Positions 1-14,559 of a DNA stretch of 64,000 bases are shown one piece after another. Within the stretch, counting starts at the first letter, position 1; every line of letters starts with the position of its first letter. A model generated the notes under the pieces. The model ran no database searches and had not been told where the DNA came from. It saw only the letters and a list, made by a program, of their open reading frames with translations. Origin of the DNA: Eledone cirrhosa (Eukaryota); the NCBI GenBank assembly GCA_964016885.1, contig OZ024740.1, forward strand, positions 351,168,001 to 351,232,000. The letters are read 5' to 3'. The translations under genes were made by a program, and so were the position numbers.

Positions 1-650
<650 letters not shown>

Positions 651-684
651 CTGAAGCACTGCTAATCTCTGAGAACAAGCTGTG

Positions 685-1275
685 GATACAATGTCGGTGA
701 CTAAAGGAATATATCAACTCGGTGATAATGTGTGAAATTCATACAGGAAATAACACCCACATGGTGATCGCATGCAAAATGCTCGCTCAAAATGACTATA
801 AATGGTTTGTATGTACATTCACTGGTCAATATGAAAAGAATATGGATACCAGGTGTCGGATAAGTGTTACCAACATATTCCAGAAAGTTCATTTAATGAA
901 AGACAAACTCAGGATACCTTGTTACTCTACAATCTAAACACATCTCAGATTTGAAGTCAACGTACCTGATATCATAGTTATGCACGTAAATAAGCATAAA
1001 TGACAGATTATTGAGGTTACTATCCAGGTAACATAACCTTGAAAGTAATTAAGAAATAACAAAATATATTGACGTGAGGATCAAATTTTCACGAATATTG
1101 TTAATACTGTTTAACAACATCAGGATAATTCCAGTCGCCGTTGGAACTTTGAGCTCGATACCCCGAAAATATATCAAGCAAAGAGAGTCGAGTCAGAAGT
1201 TGCTCTCCCACAAAAGACTACTCTGTTATGTTACTATTACCTATCTACTTAGGAAAGTATTGTTTGTCTAAGGTT
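685..1275 (+). mobile_element. Degenerate 3' fragment of a restriction-like-endonuclease (REL) LINE, R4/Dong-like
   Basis: Translates in pieces to THMVIACKMLAQNDYK (CCHC knuckle region), then VPDIIV and IIEV (REL PD..D/ExK region); similar to 24480-25203 and 49990-50480. Confidence 0.65.
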
Positions 1276-1869
1276 CATTTTGAGACTCGACAGGCAGTAG
1301 AAACCCAGTAATTAATATATTTACAGTGCAAACCATCATCATCATCATCACAAATTTGAAATTGAACCAAATGCAGCAGAAAATTGGATTTATTCTTTCG
1401 AAAATTATCCCCTTCTTATTTTGAGAATATTCTAAAGACTAAATTATTATTTCTATTTGTTTAATTAATTCTATCCATTATAAACAACTTTGGTTAATTT
1501 AAACTGAAGAAACATGTTTACGTCCTTATTTCATTTTCCCTTCAAATGAACTTTTAAAACTATAGTATTTACCATTTTTTTTAAATCATAATACACGCTA
1601 TGTTTTGAAATTTACTGTTTTATTCCTCAAGTGACAAATTTAATTTACAATTAAGTTAAAAATGTACATCTACATATGCATACTGAAATTCTAGTATGCA
1701 TATGAATACACACACGTATACATATGTAGATGTACCAAGTCTTTCACTGGTTACTTTACTGTGAGTATCCAGCTATTCTGTATGTAAACACACAGACAAA
1801 CCGGTTTTTAGAGTCATACTGGTTTTTGAGGAAACACCTTTCCTCTATTCTCTAGAAAGCCAGACAAGG

Positions 1870-1914
1870 AATATTGAACTAGTTTCGTTGTTGTTACAAC
1901 TCATCAGCAATATT
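1870..1914 (-). ncRNA. Minimal type I hammerhead ribozyme
   Basis: Reverse-complement copy of 2159-2203. Confidence 0.85.
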
Positions 1915-2158
1915 TACCTATCTACCGGCCTTTCTGGAGAATCGTAAAAGCACATATCGTTATATGCTTTTTCTATGAAAATTAGTAGTGGGCAGACTAA
2001 TTTGCATAGAGTGTGAGTACGTACCGGTTCAACGGAGACGATAAAAACAAATAACGAAACGAAATTAAATTTCGTTTCGTTTGTAACTCACTTTTCATAG
2101 AAAAAGCATATAACGATATGTGCTTTTACGATTCTCCAGAAAGGCCGGTAGATAGGTA

Positions 2159-2203
2159 AATATTGCTGATGAGTTGTAACAACAACGAAACTAGTTCAAT
2201 ATT
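2159..2203 (+). ncRNA. Minimal type I hammerhead ribozyme
   Basis: aatattg CTGATGA gttg-taacaa-caac GAAA ctag TT caatatt: 7-bp stem I, 4-bp stem II, palindromic stem III. Confidence 0.85.
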
Positions 2204-4444
2204 CCTTGTCTGGCTTTCTGGAGAATAGAGGAAAGGTGTTTCCTCAAAAACCAGTATGACTCTAAAAACCGGTTTGTCTGTGTGTTTACATACAGAATAG
2301 CTGGATACTCACAGTAAAGTAACCAGTGAAAGACTTGGTACATCTACATATGTATACGTGTGTGTATTCATATGCATACTAGTATTTCAGTATGCATATG
2401 TAGATGTACATTTTTAACTTAATTGTTTAAGCGTCAGTCATACAAAAGTGAGTTACAAACGAAACGAAATTTAATTTCGTTTCGTTATTTGTTTTTAATT
2501 TACAATATTTTCATGAAAATGTAAGACTAGAAATTATTTCAAATCCTTTTCCAGAAAAACTACAATTTACCTTTCGGAATTAAATGATATTGTGAAGCCC
2601 CTTGGAAATATGTTGGAGTAAGAACAGATAAAAAGGATTTATTTAAAAGAGAGAACGTGTAATAAGCTAAATCGATCGAATAGCATATGTACAGAATGGG
2701 AGAGATCGTGAGAAAGATAGAAAAGGGAAATACAGAGAAAGAGAGTGGGAAAGACAAGTGAGGAGAAGTAAGAGGTGCTAATAGTAAGAAAGCGTGGTAC
2801 ATGTGTGTGTACGTGTATGTGTGTGCGCGTGAATATATGTGTGTTTCTATTTCAAGTTTCAATAATATATCTTAGATTTTAGTGTTTTAATGTGAAACGT
2901 GTTAGTTATTTTACTTCACATCTTTTCATTGTTGTAAAAGTTTCATCAACAGAATCTACATCTGCATAATGTAGGAACACACTTAAATTCCTTTTAGATT
3001 CTAAGTAACTATTTGAAATCATTGTTAGTTGTATTGGGAAGGGGAAAAAGAAATTGTAAAGCTTATATAACACGGTGTGATTACGTTTATACTAATAGTG
3101 ACCACATTTGCATGATGGCAATTTGAGTAAATAGAACAGCTTTTATAAAGAGTATACCCAAATTTCTTGAATTCTAATGTCACTCTCCTATTTTTACACT
3201 GGCGTTTACAAAAACAGAATTATTTTCTAAAATCCTGACGTGTTTATCCAATTTAGAAATATGACAAGACATAAATTAACGTTCGTTTTCTTTTTTAATC
3301 AATTTAGAAATATGTGCTGGTGATCAGGTTGTTTTTAGATACCCTGTAGAACTTTGGATTCTATAGATATTTAACACAAATACAAAGTAAAATGAATTTA
3401 CTGGCTCTAAAGCTTGGTCAAACAACCAATATTAAGAAAACTACTAATATTACCAGAAGGGAAAATATGGACATTTAAGGTACTTTCACAGACTCAGTAG
3501 GTGTACTGTTAGATTAGACCGAAAATAACATAAATGAAGATTAAAGCAAAAGAAACCCATCAAGAACATAAACACAGACACCACTACCTTTACCACGGCT
3601 AACAACAATGAATCACCAAAAAATAAGGGAAGAAACTGAAATCTTAACAAGGAAAAAAGAAAAGAAATCAATGCTGTCAAAGGAATAAAGAAAACCGTAA
3701 ATGATATTGAAAACATCGCCACTCAAAGAACACAAAGATCAACAGGACGAACGACTGACTTCTAATCATTTATATATACTCTATAAAAACGCGAAGGAAA
3801 TTAAATGAACTACCACTATGCTCACCACAAGCCCTGTCAAAAGTACATTGTGATAATTATCTCACCAAATGCCATGTATAAAAGTCTCAGCATGCAGACA
3901 GGTAGATGTTAGGAATTTCATGCTCTTCAAAGTGTCAACAATAATGCTTGAATTACAATTACGCGTACACTTGAAGGGGACACGGGGCACAAAATGGCTT
4001 CACACAGTAATAGGAGTACAAGTTTCACATAGTGAAGCAGCAAATACTTTTTAAAATACAAATACAAGTGGGTACTAAATAAGATGAAGCTGAGTGTGGG
4101 TACATCATATATTCTTTCTTTTAATGTTACTTCGAATATATTATTAAGTCTAATAACAAAATTATAATTCTTCGTTGATATACTTTTCCTCATGCAACCA
4201 GTTAAGATAATTCTAGAAATTCTCCTAACAACATATTTGGTATGTACAAAGAAACTGAACATAGTGGTATGTAATTGGCAGTAGCACCAAGATATCGTTG
4301 TGCATGATAGGGGTGTATATGAAAAAGTATATGATATGTTTATGTACAACAAAAACATGAGGGCCCCGCTAATAAAAAAGAAATTTTTTTCGTTATGAAA
4401 ATTTCTTTTCTTTTGTTCTGTGAACATGTCTCAGTAGTTGTGGA

Positions 4445-4495
4445 GAATGCCAGATAGCTGTTTCAAGATTCATTAATCTCTCATCAGTGACATTC
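4445..4495 (-). ncRNA. Minimal type I hammerhead ribozyme in a pseudo-LTR remnant
   Basis: Minus strand: gaatgtca CTGATGA gagatt-aatg-aatctt GAAA cagcta TC tggcattc. Confidence 0.8.
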
Positions 4496-5659
4496 ACCCA
4501 ACTGGTTCTGAGATGAAAGTAGGCTAGAGCCTATATAGATTTTGCATGGTGTAGACTTGCTGGAGATGCTCCTTTGCATATAGCAAATAAAAGACATAAC
4601 GAGGCTCTCATATGTTTATTATACATAAACATATCTTATATGTCTTCAGATACACCGTTATTGTAGCGGTGTGTACTCTATTACTTATCTGGAATCTCGA
4701 TACAGATCTGAGATGGGCACGAACACAATAGTCTTCTTTTTTTAGTGACTCCAAACTTCTCAACTTCTCATACCCTCTCAAGAATATTGCATTATAATTG
4801 CAAACAACTCCATAAACATGTTCTTCTGGGAACAACACTCAAAACGTCTGCTCATTACATAACATCAAGGTAAAATTACAAGTTCCAGATTAATTTTGAC
4901 GCAGCAGATATACAATGGAAGGCTTTCTAGCTGTCACCTTCCCGTTGTTTTTTTCTATGTTGGAGACTACACTGTCCAACATATTCTTTATTTTTTAGGC
5001 TGCATTATGGGATTTGATTTTATTCCTATTTATAGCCGGTCAAATAGCCTCTTATAGTTTTCTTGTCAATAAAATGACTGCTAGAATATTTTCTAATTGT
5101 TACAGTAGAATTAATAATTAATAATGCGAAATAGCCGACAGCTCAGGATCTCACTAGAAGATTTCAATATATGTCCAGCATGAAATTCCTCAAAGCGTAA
5201 CGGAAATAATTAAGAACGAGATCTGCAAACCGAGCTTCTTCAAAATGCATTCTATGCATGACAGCGACATGAAACCCCATTATTTATGTTAACACTGCAG
5301 GTTATATATAGTACATGTCATAAATATCTCAAAAATTTGAAACTACGAATGAAGGTCTCAATTAACTTCAATCGACAAAGCAATGGCTGAGGAAATCTAC
5401 ATTATCACCTCTGCATAATGTTCAAAAATATTAACCAATTGTTCAGTAGCAAACATGTCTGTTGGTTTGGAAAATTACAGGCAGGACAAAACTGTTATTT
5501 ATGAACTTTTACAGCTCAGTAGATAGATATTGGCGTGAAACCGCTTTCTATATGGAAGAACAAAATAGTTTCTTTGTGTATTTGCAACAGGATGTTGAAC
5601 CTCCCTCACTCCGACAATGAGTTTTCTCGTTGTTCGAATAACAGAACGATCTGCTCGAG

Positions 5660-5880
5660 AGATTAACCGTTAACGAAGATGTCAATGATGCTCAGTGTGA
5701 CACAGTGGGTGATAAGGCTGGTTCTTTGAATTACAGGTATAATTCATTTGTGTCAGCTAAATAGACTGGGGCAATGTGAAATAACATATCTTGCTCGAGG
5801 ATACAACGTGCCGCTAGCATTTGAACTTATAACCTCATGATTGTGAGCCGAATACCCTAACCACTAATCCACGGGCCTTC
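5660..5880 (-). mobile_element. tRNA-derived SINE (CORE-like octopus type)
   Basis: Minus strand has A box ttagtggttagggtattcggctcacaatc, B box gttcaaatgc, then gttgtatcctcgagcaaga; related copies at 36740-36935 and 60030-60230. Confidence 0.75.
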
Positions 5881-7500
5881 GTATTTACCACAGTAAATAC
5901 TCTGTTAAGCTGACTATTTAATTAGAGAGTGTAACCTTTCTCAATTCGTATGAATTTGACATTATCATTGACTACAGTGTACACTTCTTTGTCGATAATG
6001 ATCTTATCCCTTTCGTATATTATTTTATCGTTAGTTGTAGAATACATACAGTCTGAGTTACTGTTAAATTGCTAACTTTTATTACTTTTTATGTATGCCT
6101 ATTGATTTTTATCTCTACTGTGCTCTAGACAATGTGCTAACGGTAGAATTCAAATTACGAATTCGGTCATATTTATCTTGCAGACAGATATTAGAAAATA
6201 CATCACAAATATGATAGTGTCTATCATCGATTTCGAGGAATGAGTACTCCAGTTGTATTAATGTAACTATCTTATAGTATTAGACGTTTACTTCTACAGT
6301 TAGTGTATTATTCAAGAACAGTGTTACATAGTGTGTAGAGAAGCTGGACCAATGAGTGAGGAGCAGTCCATTCAACGGACTTGCAGTCAGTTTCTGTCTA
6401 CTTAGTTTCACCGAATAGTCTTGAGGGTAGCTGAAGCTATGATAGAAAACACATGCTTGGGAAACAAGCGTTTTATCCAAAAGGCCATACGTCCTTCTAT
6501 ACTGTCATCGTAAAATATACCGCACAACTCAACAAGTGATGATTATAACCAAAAGTTCAATGTTATATTATATTAAATTACGATAGTAGTAAGGTATGGC
6601 GGTTAACAACAACTGAGAAAGGTGACCCCCACACACACACACACACGCGCGCGCGCGCGAACAGAGCACAAAGGTCCACCGATCGTTCCGAGTAAATATG
6701 ATTTACTATAGAGAAGGGAAATTTAGTTTATTTCCAAGCACTCAAGGGGGTGGACAAACCCAGTCACCCCGAACGCAGCTAGAAGGGTGTCCATAGCCAG
6801 CCGGTGTCGTAACATGCCCTGTATTCGTAGCCTTCCATGCTAGTGAAGTTAGTGCTAAAGTCGAGAAGTATCGGCTGGCTATGTATACCAGTCTAGCCAA
6901 GGGCCTTGTTTCAGGGGGTACCAGGAGACAAGTCCACCCCACTTTTGCAAAGGTCTATATTTTATTTTTTGTTTATTTGATATAATAAATTCTTTTTAAG
7001 CTTATTTTTTTCTATCTGAACTTCATTTGAATATATAAAATTTAATTAGCGTAAAATTTTAATTATGTGATAGGGTCCGGGAAAGGCACCATAAGCAATT
7101 AATGTTCCTTAAAGAATCAACAAATCTTGGTTTGACCCCCTCATATTTTTAAGACAAACGAGGCCCCTGCTTCTAGCTGCACTTCTAGCTGCATCCAGGC
7201 GAATTACCATTCTCTGTAACACGATATTCCCCCACTCTCTTGCCTGCTGTCCGAAGGCTGCTGAAGTTGAAGGGTAGTATTGATTCGCCAAGTAAACTAT
7301 ACATCCTCCTACCCGCTTAACAAGCTAACAGAAAAACATTGTTAAAAATCACTCAGAGGCGGGTGAGCAATGTGGCAACATGCTACTACGTCCGTCTCTG
7401 CGTCAAAAACATAGCACACACTTTTTCCTCTCTGTTTTTTTCTTTGCTTGTTTCCTTAAAGCTTACCATAATTCCGTTGGTATACATCTATTACGCAATT

Positions 7501-7559
7501 TATATCTGATGAGGTCACCGGGTTCTTACGCAACCTGGCCACTGAAATGTGCATAGTGT
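7501..7559 (+). ncRNA. Hammerhead ribozyme (weak stem I) in a pseudo-LTR remnant
   Basis: tatat CTGATGA ggtcaccgggtt-cttacgc-aacctggccact GAAA tgtgca TA gtgt, followed by AATAAA. Confidence 0.7.
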
Positions 7560-8379
7560 TTACAGTAATAAAAGATTAAGGAAATTTAACATATTTGGCC
7601 TACTGTCATTTAATTTCATAATACATTTACTCCGTTTCCGTACCACCAACGTGATTCAACATTGAAGATGGATGAGTTGCATAACGTCGAGTACTTTTCT
7701 CATATTACGTCATGGCTAACATTGCAGAGTGACCACCATATTTAAACGTATATATATATATGTATATATATATATATGCTATTTATAAAAATACACCAAA
7801 GAATCAATGCATTTTCACCTAAACTTCGTCTAAAAACATTTCTTTAAAATTTATATATATGTGTGTGGGGGGGGGGGAGAAGAGACCGTGCGTGCGCGAG
7901 TGTGCGTATGCGTGTTCGCTTACAGCTAGCTCCTGCGGATGGCTTGAAACTTTCTCGACGATCAGATTAATTCAAATAAAAAAAAATTATTTTATGAAAA
8001 ATTTTTTAAAGAGAATATTGCTGTTGAAAAGTTCAAAGCTTTTTTAAATTCCAAATTCAATACAGCCCCAAAGCACTACGAAATCAAAAATTAAATAAAA
8101 TCAAAATTCAACAAAGTAAAAGATTAAATGAAAAATGTAATGAAATCAAAAATTAAAATTAACAGAATCAAAAGAAGGAATCAAAATTTAAAGAAAAAAA
8201 CAACAAATATGATAAAAATTATGATTTATAAAATCAAGTAAAGTAAAAAGAAAAATCCCCAAAGAAGTCGATGAAATCAAGAATTAGACAAAATGAAAAA
8301 GTCTACGAATGAAACAAATATTCGAAGAAAAAAGTGTTTCGTGAATCAGAGAGTTTAAAATTCTCCAAAATGTTTCATT

Positions 8380-10400
8380 GCTGCTGAGACAGTGTCCAGT
8401 CTAGAAGGAAATGATTTCGTCATTTTCGATCGTTTCAATACCAAAGACTACTTGGTCGCTTCCCTTGTTGACATGTTTATATATCCATTCTATAGATTTA
8501 ACTGAGTTGTAGGATTTGAGTATTGAAACATTTTCCTCTCCAATGGACAGTATAATACAATCAACTGGCTATCAGCTGTAACTTCTCGGCTGATGATCGA
8601 TTGTTTAGTAGAAAATCCTCCATTATTTGTGCTTTGACGCCTCTAAATTTAGATAACCATTATCCACTGTTTAAGTTTCTTGTAAAAATTATTTGGGATA
8701 TCTTTTAGAGCATTTTTCACCCTGCATACGCGAAGAATTCTTATTGATATCTCGATTTGGTCCATGAATCATTTTACTTTAGATGATGTCAAATGTTTGT
8801 TCATATTCTATAAGATTTGGCAACTCTGCATTGATAAACAAATCAACTTGATTAGATCTGGTATTCTCTTTAATTCAAACCAAAACGTGACAATGTGGGC
8901 CTCCTCTGTTCTCCCATTTGATAGAATACGTGTAGCAGCTGACATCAACAAAGATTTCTCCTTTCTATATTACATCAATCATCTTTTGAAATTTTAAATG
9001 GCAATAATATCATGGCAATGTTGAGCTGTTTGACATTGGAAACATTCTTGTCTTTTTACATTCTGGATTACCTGTGAATGTGATAAAATTATCGGGGCGC
9101 CTATAATTGCATCCTGTGTTTTCTCATCCACGAGAAGATGGCTAGATAGTCAATTGGATGACATCCTTAGCATGTCTATCTCTCTCTACAGCACCCTTCA
9201 AATATATGTAGTTGTCTACTCGTAGTTTTAACAGATATCTTGCGAGTAGTAAATGATGTAATATAGCTTTTCGTAACATTAATCTGTATGCGTAAAAACA
9301 GTTGGAAGATACTTTCTTGTAGGAAGAAACTCCAGTAATGGGATAATTTCGATAAAAATAAGAAATTATAGCTGCTTTCAACCCGGCCAAAAAGCAATAG
9401 ATATTGATGGGAAACATGTGTTTCCATACTACGTTGTAATGTAGCATTCCTTGCTTCCAAAACAATATCCCTTTTCTTTAATTGTTGGCCGACAGTTATA
9501 ATGGCGGAATGGGTGTTGAATCCTCGTTCATATTTTCCTTGAATTATTCTGTCTGCTCTAATGAATTTCAATCCGATAAATACCCTTAAATAGTTTTAAA
9601 TTGTTGAACGTAAATATTTTCAGAATGAATCATATTCTGTAAGCTAACTAGCAACACTTGATATGCCTCAAGACATTAAGCACATTGTTGTTGTTTACTT
9701 TCTTCCTCTTTATTCCTCATGAAATAGATTTAGAGAAATTTCGGAAGGTAAAGTAAGAAAAGATGCTAGTCGTTGACAAACCTTTCCTTGAATACAGAAT
9801 GTTGGCATATTATATTCAGGAAGACTCATATCTTGAGCACCAAAAGATTCATCTAGAAGCACGAATGATACCTCTTGTGTTTCTCAAGAAGTGACATAAA
9901 TCATTATAATTTGAATAAAATAAAGTATTCCGTGGTTCTAGAGAGTCTTATAAAGGGAGTAGGAGGACTTTGCCATTTTTACATACAATGTCCGGGGTTT
10001 TCTGTATCAAATATTTTTTAGTAATTTTGAATGACCACTAATTATTCCTCGGATTGTAATCGAATGCCTCGTGGTTAAGATCTCTCTACGTCTTTAAACA
10101 CCACTCTCTCGATAACAGTTGATTCTGGTTGAGTTTTTGACTGTTCTAGAAACTCCTGTGTTTAACTGAGTTTAAAATAGATTCTACTCTCGTAAAGCTT
10201 GTGACTGTTTTTGAGTCTCTTATGACCACAATAACTGAATGCAAAGTCTATTTCGCTCGCGTCAAGCTAAGGATTATTTGGAGGTCTTATGTGATTTTAT
10301 TGTTATAGTTTCACGATATTTAATTGATCGTAAAACTTGCTCATCAACAATCTCCAGCGATTTTACTATTGTTTTCCAGCGTGTTGCGTTAATCATTCTT
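8380..10400 (-). mobile_element. Degenerate Helitron RepHel (Rep region) pseudogene
   Basis: Minus-strand peptides MPTFCIQGKV, IRADR..KRDIVLEARNATLQR..QYLLLF, VSSNCFYAYRLM, FITFTGNPE (motif 1) and RGGPHCHVL (HUH motif 2); many stops and frameshifts. Confidence 0.85.
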
Positions 10401-11291
10401 ACTTCAAACATTATAATTAAAATTAATTAAAATCTAATGAAATGTGTTCTTATCTATAGACCGAATTCGGTTTAGTTTAGTCTTTTTTATCAGTTGCATA
10501 TTGCTAGCTTTCTTAAAGTTTATTTAGCAGCAGCAGTAGCAGCAGTGGATAGCCGTATAGGCTTTCAAGAAGAACAGTTAGCGTTCTGGTGAATGGTTTA
10601 TCAGCAGAAACAGCGGCGGACGGGCGTGCGCACTCACACCGTCAATTTATGGATTGATGAATGGAAGGTTGGATGGATGGATGAATAAGTGGCGGTTGAA
10701 TGGATGGATGGATGGACGGCGGGAGGGAGGGAGGGATGGATAGATGGGGGGAGGGAATGGTTGAAATATACTCACTTCTCTCAGTTGTGCTAGCCAGAAA
10801 GGTACAGACCTGTACCAGGACTGGGCTGATAACTTCTTTATTGATTCCGAAAAAAATGGAATCCAAAGTAGGCATCCGTAGAATTTGAACGCAAAAATTC
10901 AAAACAAATGTCGGAATGCATTTAATCCGACTTTCTAATGATTCATAAACAGGAAGTCAAGTGTTTATATTAATATACACAAGCATGTATATTATGGAGT
11001 AAAGTATAATCATGCATACACATGTTCATATATAGTCAGAACCTTCCAATTATATATGTATGACAGTTATTACAAGAATATATGCACAAGGTCATATGTA
11101 TACATAGACGTGTTAGTTTATGTGCGTATATACGCATTTAATATAAACAAATATATATCAAATATGTTATATACATGTGTGTGTATAAATGTGTAGAAAT
11201 GCACATATGCGCGCGTGTGCGTGTGTGTATATATATGTATATATGTATATATATATATATATATGTATATATATGTGTATATACATATATG

Positions 11292-11355
<64 letters not shown>

Positions 11356-11421
11356 CATATATGTATATGTATATATATATATATAATATATATATTTAAA
11401 GAAATATATATATACATATAA

Positions 11422-11466
<45 letters not shown>

Positions 11467-11589
11467 TGTGTATATATATATATGTATATATATATACATA
11501 TACACATATATATATAAATATACATATATATACACATATATATATATATATATACACATATATATATATACACATATATATATATATAC

Positions 11590-11758
11590 CATGTACGTCA
11601 ATACTCGTCTTTTTCCATTTCTCCAAGGGTTCTTAACCCCACTATCAGGCTAAATAATTTCTTTAATTTCTTTAGTCAAAATACGACGATAGCTTACATT
11701 TCTAATAATTTCAAACCCACTCGCTGTTTCGAAAATATTCTTACTCGAAAATATTCTT

Positions 11759-11760
<2 letters not shown>
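11590..11760 (+). mobile_element. 5'-truncated copy of the tRNA-headed repeat found at 53517-54018 and 56075-56748
   Basis: gtcaatactcgtctttttccatttctc..ccccactatcaggctaaa..tcgctgtttc matches the reverse complement of the array unit; flanked by (TA)n. Confidence 0.75.
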
Positions 11761-11849
<89 letters not shown>

Positions 11850-12263
11850 TAAATGATAATTTCTATCAAACATATTTACACATAGAAACAAAAATATTAA
11901 CGCCTACACACAAATCAACATTCGTGTTTACTCAAACACACAAATGCATACTCCCACCCTCCGCACGCGCGCATACACACGCACGCACACACACACACAT
12001 ACACTCACAGACACATGACAACTTCCAGTAGCACCGCAAATACAAACGTACTTAGGGGGTTTTGGTTGTCTTCATAACTGATGCCTTCGATAAGAGTTGA
12101 CAACTTCTTCCGGGTGACTGGCCATCAGGGCAAACACATTGAGAGTCTGTGTTTTCTCTTTCTGGGCTGACAGACCGTGAGAAAACGAATATTAAACATT
12201 TCCCTCGAACTTTCGTAGAGTTTCAATCCATAAGACCTTTACTAACACGCCTTGAGGAGAGAA

Positions 12264-12313
<50 letters not shown>

Positions 12314-12373
12314 AGAGAGAGGTGGGGAGCAAGACAGAGAGAAAGAAAGAGACACAGAGAAAGAGTGAGATAG

Positions 12374-12438
<65 letters not shown>

Positions 12439-12600
12439 GTAGATTTGGTGAGACTTTGCCGACTCTTTAAAAGATATATAGTTATTAACTTTTTTAATAT
12501 TTAATTTTCAATTACCTCCTTTAGTTTTGGTTTCGGTTCTGGTTTTGTTTTTGGTATTACGTAAACTACACGAAACATCTATAAACATATATGTGTGTGT

Positions 12601-12666
<66 letters not shown>

Positions 12667-12667
12667 C

Positions 12668-12712
<45 letters not shown>

Positions 12713-12891
12713 AGATATAGATAGATTGAGAGTTACTAATTTAGTAAGACCATTTTTCAGCTAAGTACTCGACAGAAAGGAAAGTAGAGTGAAAACATTG
12801 TAAAGAGTTAATGCCACGGGTGGGCTCTTGCCGTTTCTTAGGACACTAACTATTTACAATATCTACACTCTATTTAAATATACATATATAT

Positions 12892-13095
<204 letters not shown>

Positions 13096-14559
13096 TAAAT
13101 GAAAGGTTGGAAACATCTTGTTGAGTCAAACAAAGCCGTACGTTAAAGCTATCCATAATACAGAGTACTCACAACATCTAACTGGATTACCTATAACGAT
13201 AACTTGTTATCCCATATACCCAGCTCCCACTAGGTTGAGCAACAACCTTAACGCACGGCACTAACATGGAAAAGCACCACATGCATGTCCTTAAAAAACA
13301 TACCTATACCTACAAACAAGGACTATACACTCGGCATGATACAGCGTACTAATGACTTCATCCGTCGAATCCGATGGAAGGCCTACCATTACAATAAAGG
13401 ACACGCTAATAACACAGAGGAATTTACTAGGGAAAAATACGGATTGAAATCCTGCAAAAATCCACCGAATTCGACCTCATAGGTGGAACCAAATTCAAAA
13501 AACGTACGGGTTACAACAAACTGCAAAACGACATCAATGCACTACTGAAGAAACTACGCAACACCAACGGTATTATAGTAAAAGAAGACAAAACATTAAA
13601 CGTATACACCATCAGCCTTAACACATACAATAATTCTATACGCCGTGAACTACACAAAAAAATACAAGAAAAACTCACTAGCATTAATAAGGAAGGACTT
13701 AGCATAGTAAAAAAACTGAAAATTTCTGATAGAACCGAGCCTCTAACCCCTTGTAACCCCACTTTTAACCAAAAGGATCACAAAACAGACCCCACAATTA
13801 GATTAATATGCCCATCGAAGTCGGATATAGGTAGAATTAGCAAGTATATACTAGATAGAGTAATAGCACAAATCAAGGACAAACTAGTAATTAAGTTATG
13901 GGGTAACACTAACGAAGCAATGGACTGGTTCAGCAAAATAGACAGTAGGGAAATATCCAACTTCGTTTGACATTAATGACTACTACTCCTCTATCTCCCC
14001 AATCACCCTAGATAAAGCGCTACCCTTTGCCCAGAAAAACTCGGACCTAACCTCTAATGAAATCAGAATAATACTAGCTGCTAGAACTATCATTAGATTC
14101 GAAAATAGTTACTGGGAACGAAAAAACAGACAAAATAGCTTCGATATCACAATGGGATCTAGTGACTCTTCTCAGGTAACAGACATAGTGTTGGAATATA
14201 TATAGTGCATAACTTACATAAGGAATTTAATAACTTCCAAGGAGGAATTTATAGAAACGACACACTCCTTTTAGCAAAGAACTTAAATAATCAAAACATG
14301 GAAAAATTACGGAAAAACATCGGTCTTCTTCGACAAACTAGGCCTAGGTATCACTTTCGAACTTAACTCTAAAAAAGCAAACTTCTTAGATGTAACACTC
14401 AACCTAAACACAGGATTAATAGAGCCCTTCCATATAAAAATAACGAGAATCCAGCCTACATTAGTTATAACTCGAACCACCCTCGATCCATAATTAACTC
14501 CATAGCACATAGTATATCCCTCAGAATATCCCGCCTATCTTCTAACCTAGAGATTTTTA

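Larger units (their letters stand above)
1639..2506. mobile_element. PLE pseudo-LTR fold-back insertion with 13-bp target-site duplication
   Basis: Inverted arms 1647-1982 and 2092-2426; second inverted pair 2043-2095 and 2445-2497; direct repeat TTTAATTTACAAT at 1639-1651 and 2494-2506; HHR in each long arm. Confidence 0.85.

Noticed and set aside
7970-8335. A-rich aaatcaaaa quasi-repeat
   Set aside because: Low-complexity decayed minisatellite with no consistent period or structure
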